A stretch of 64,000 nucleotides of DNA from Balanoglossus misakiensis. Taxonomy: Eukaryota; Animalia; Hemichordata. The notes under the pieces were generated by a model. It did not search any database, had not been told where the DNA came from, and worked only from the letters and a program-made list of their open reading frames with translations. Numbering within the stretch: the first letter of the stretch is position 1; the number at the start of each line of letters is the position of its first letter. Below, piece after piece: positions 60,599 to 64,000 of the stretch. Made by a program: the position numbers and the translations under genes. Location of the stretch: NCBI GenBank assembly GCA_040954595.2, contig CM082587.2, forward strand, positions 7,801,705-7,865,704, read 5' to 3'.

Positions 60599-63500
60599 AA
60601 TAAATGACATTGAATTAATTACAAAGACACAGGATGTGTTCGCACAAGCAGTGAACTTTATTATCAGAAATAAAGTACTTCTTAACAGGATTTATATTAT
60701 GGGTGTGTTGTCTTTCGTTTCGTTTTGTCAGCATAGACATAAGCCTTTGCAAGGGTAAACAGTACCAGTGGTCTTTTTATATACTGGCGTCATTCAAGAT
60801 GTTATTCATGCAAAACAAAAATACTTTCAAGAAACAAGTCGCAAAACATCAGTCGCAATTTCAGAGAGGTTTTATTGGTTCATAAAAAGCACAGAAATTG
60901 AAAGTCTAAAAAGGATTCTGTCTTTCAACCATGACTTGGACATGTGAAACTATCACTGCACAAACACTTTTCTCTCAAAAGTACCAGCCAGCCCACAAAC
61001 AGACTTAAACCAGCAAATATCACTGCAATATTCACTGTCCATATTTTATCACGGCTTGCCCTTTGCAAGACTTATTTCGCTCTGTCCTAGAGCTGTAAAA
61101 GCATTAATGTTTAACTGGGGTTTCATGTCACTATTTTTGCTAATTGATAAAATCTGCTTAAATAAAAAAAAAATATAATAGAACTCATTATTTTAGCTGA
61201 ATCTGTGAATTTTAAATCCAGTGAATGTGTCCCCAAAATCAAAACAGTCAAATGAAATCCCAGTGACAATTACTGCTTTTACCGCACTCTAAACAGAGAT
61301 TAACTGCAAGACGCCTATAGGTCACTATGGAGTCACTAATATTTACATTTTAAGCCTTGACATAATCACTCCTGCCTGTTGGTTGTGTTTGTGTACTGTC
61401 TGGTTTGTACAATGACTGCAAATCCATTAATTCATATGCAGGATACACGACAGTCAAATCTTTCAATGTCTAAATCTGTTCAAAAGACAGTCGAAATTGC
61501 ACTGTGTATTTTTATTACATTATTTTGCCAAACCGTGCAGATGAGTTGGACAGTCAAAATTATAACTTAATTATGAATCTGGGTTTGTGGATTTCTAATC
61601 GTCTGTATGAATTCTTTTTTTTACACCAAACATGAGTTGTTTCAATCTGAGAATTGTTGCCACTTGAGAGAATATACTAGTAGTAGACAAGTTTTAGGAT
61701 GTTTGTTAAGATATAAACCTGGCAAAGTAAAAACAATAGCATCGATGGCTGCACCAGGCTGTGTTGAGATAATGAATACTTGAGTGGGCGAAGAAATTTG
61801 ATTCTTGTCAAGAAATTCTGAACTGTTATGATCACTGTCCCTTTAAACATTCAAGTGTTAAAGGGACACAGGGACATGAACAGGGAACAAACCATTCACG
61901 CCATGTCTACAGAATGTGCTCATCACAACACACCAACACTGGTGATGCAGAACTGCAAAGGATACACACAGAGAAATCACCTTGTTTTGTGAAATCACAA
62001 CACATTTTCAAATTCATATTTTCACAGACCTGCGATCTCAGTACACATGTTCACATGTGTGGCGCTATGCCAACGCACTATAAAGTAGAAATCGTTGACA
62101 AAATTTGCTGAATTCTGAAACCATGCAGTCTCGGTCTATACTGCAGGGCTGTCTTTCAGTCAAATAAAAAGTGGTCCTACGATCTCATTTATACATGTAC
62201 AAGACACGTGCCTGTTTAAGAGTTGTACAATTCACACCAATTAAAACCCGAGCGTAAAGTTTGTACATGACCATGTAGAGTTACATGTTGTCTGTGCACA
62301 GCCTATTCCTGATTCAGTGTGACCAGTCTCAAATCTTTAAGAGGTGATAATATACCACCGAACCTACTATTATTCTTAAATCTGTTCTAAGTCAGTGAGA
62401 TGAACAATTCAGTGATGAACTATTATATGACTGAGTACAATCAAAACACATCTGTATCTGATAGTGTATTTAACAATGATAAATAATCATACAGTTAACC
62501 CCTTTTCAAATATATGTATTTACATGCAGATATTGCATACATATTATAAAATAAAAGGAATGCTGATATAATAGATTTGATTAAGATTTGATTACAAATT
62601 ATTTGTTGCACTAAATACAAATATTTTGAGTTGCTTATACAATTCACCTTAATTATTATTTGTGTATCCCACCTATCCCAACCAAAATGTTAGAGGTAAT
62701 AACCGACCCAGCCCATCTCTTTTAACCAATGCCCACAACTTCAAACTCGAAACCCATTACAATCCTATCCCATTTCCCCTCCCAACCCACAACTACCCAT
62801 GTTGTGACCCAATCATATACACAGCTATGAAAAATTACATAATTTATGAGGTTATACAGGTATCTTAACAGTGATATACTTGAGTTACAAAATTGTGTGA
62901 ACCAGTCCAAAGATACTTAAGAGAAACAGCAGATAAAACAACTAGACCTGAGATTTTATCCAACTAGGTCCAGCATTGACTGCATGGCGAAAATGACATA
63001 ATTGACTGCCAAAATGTCTTGATAAACACGGTTTACCAAGGACAAAGTGTTAACACTAAAATTTCCCTACATTTGCACTGACACTGGATAAAAAAACAGT
63101 TGCTGCCAAAAATGTTGGCTAAATAATTAATCCACTGTTATGCTCCATTATTATTGGACATGGGTCACTTCAGCTGGTTGGTGACTGGAAACAATACAAA
63201 AATATTGTCTTTCTTGTGGAAATGTACACAACTCTGGTAAAATAAAACATAAAGTACATTAAACCATAAATTCATAATTACGGTAATTGTGAGGTGGATG
63301 ATCTATCTATGTATATAAGGTAATTATATACTTCATTTAGAAATGGCTGGTCTCCACAATGAAATCATCATTTTGTATGTTTGCTACTGACTTAGTGACA
63401 ACTTGATATTTGCAAAGTCAATCTGATTCAACTCAGGTACACTGTATGCTTCATTCACGTCTTCACTGTCTCTTTCTTTGTAATGGCATGGGCCACTCCT

Positions 63501-64000
63501 CACCGCATTTCAAAGGCGACGTCAGCAGACACGAAAATCATGAATGAACAAATGGCAAAAGACTGACCACACCTCGACATCTGAATGTAATCTGAATGCA
63601 ATCAGATCGATTGTGGAGTATACATTTATGAAGCAAGACTAAAAAGACATGAAAAGGGAAGTTTACGCAGTGTCACCATGCATAGACCGTGGTCGATCAT
63701 ACTCAATGCCCTGCATTTGCTCAATGGGCGACAGACGCCATGTTGAAAATCTGCCAATTGACAATCATAATTACATGTACCAGCTGTACATCAAATAAAC
63801 AGGTGCTTCTTCATCTCCTAGTCAGTTTTATCCCTTCATAATTCCATAACAATACATCTTGATTCTAACACCTAGGCGATTGTTGTTGGAAAAAATATTA
63901 CTTCAATTTTATAATTTATTTTGTACAGATGATGTGGTTGTCTGCAATCAAAGCAATTTTTTATAGTCATAGGTACATGTACTGGTATGCTTTCCTATTC

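Noticed and set aside
60600-64000. A further gene at the right end
   Set aside because: No convincing exons. The AT-rich sequence could be the 3' UTR of a convergent gene outside the window, but this cannot be supported.

Overview
Eukaryotic, intron-rich, AT-rich animal DNA; gene content and repeat style suggest a marine invertebrate, possibly a non-vertebrate deuterostome (inference). Left to right: an RTEX/CR1-like LINE (RT ORF2) split by a TATA-targeting MITE; a tail-to-tail pair of 3-exon genes for an unrecognised secreted ~185-aa Cys-containing protein; two 7-exon paralogous isopenicillin-N-synthase-family 2OG-Fe(II) dioxygenases, the first ending in Tyr-Phe-Tyr, with a membrane-anchored CTHRC1-like gene between them; a secreted type-B carboxylesterase; an intronless cytosolic sulfotransferase; a QPD/WND C-type lectin; PSMD2/RPN1; and an Acl4-like TPR gene. 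PSMD2 and the Acl4-like gene each carry a U12 intron (GT-AG and AT-AC). Introns and spacers hold many MITEs with 9-bp, TTAA, TATA or TA target-site duplications. The main hypothesis is a possible animal small-molecule tailoring cluster at 5.7-37.7 kb. Exon boundaries were assembled by eye from splice signals and frame continuity; no database search was run.
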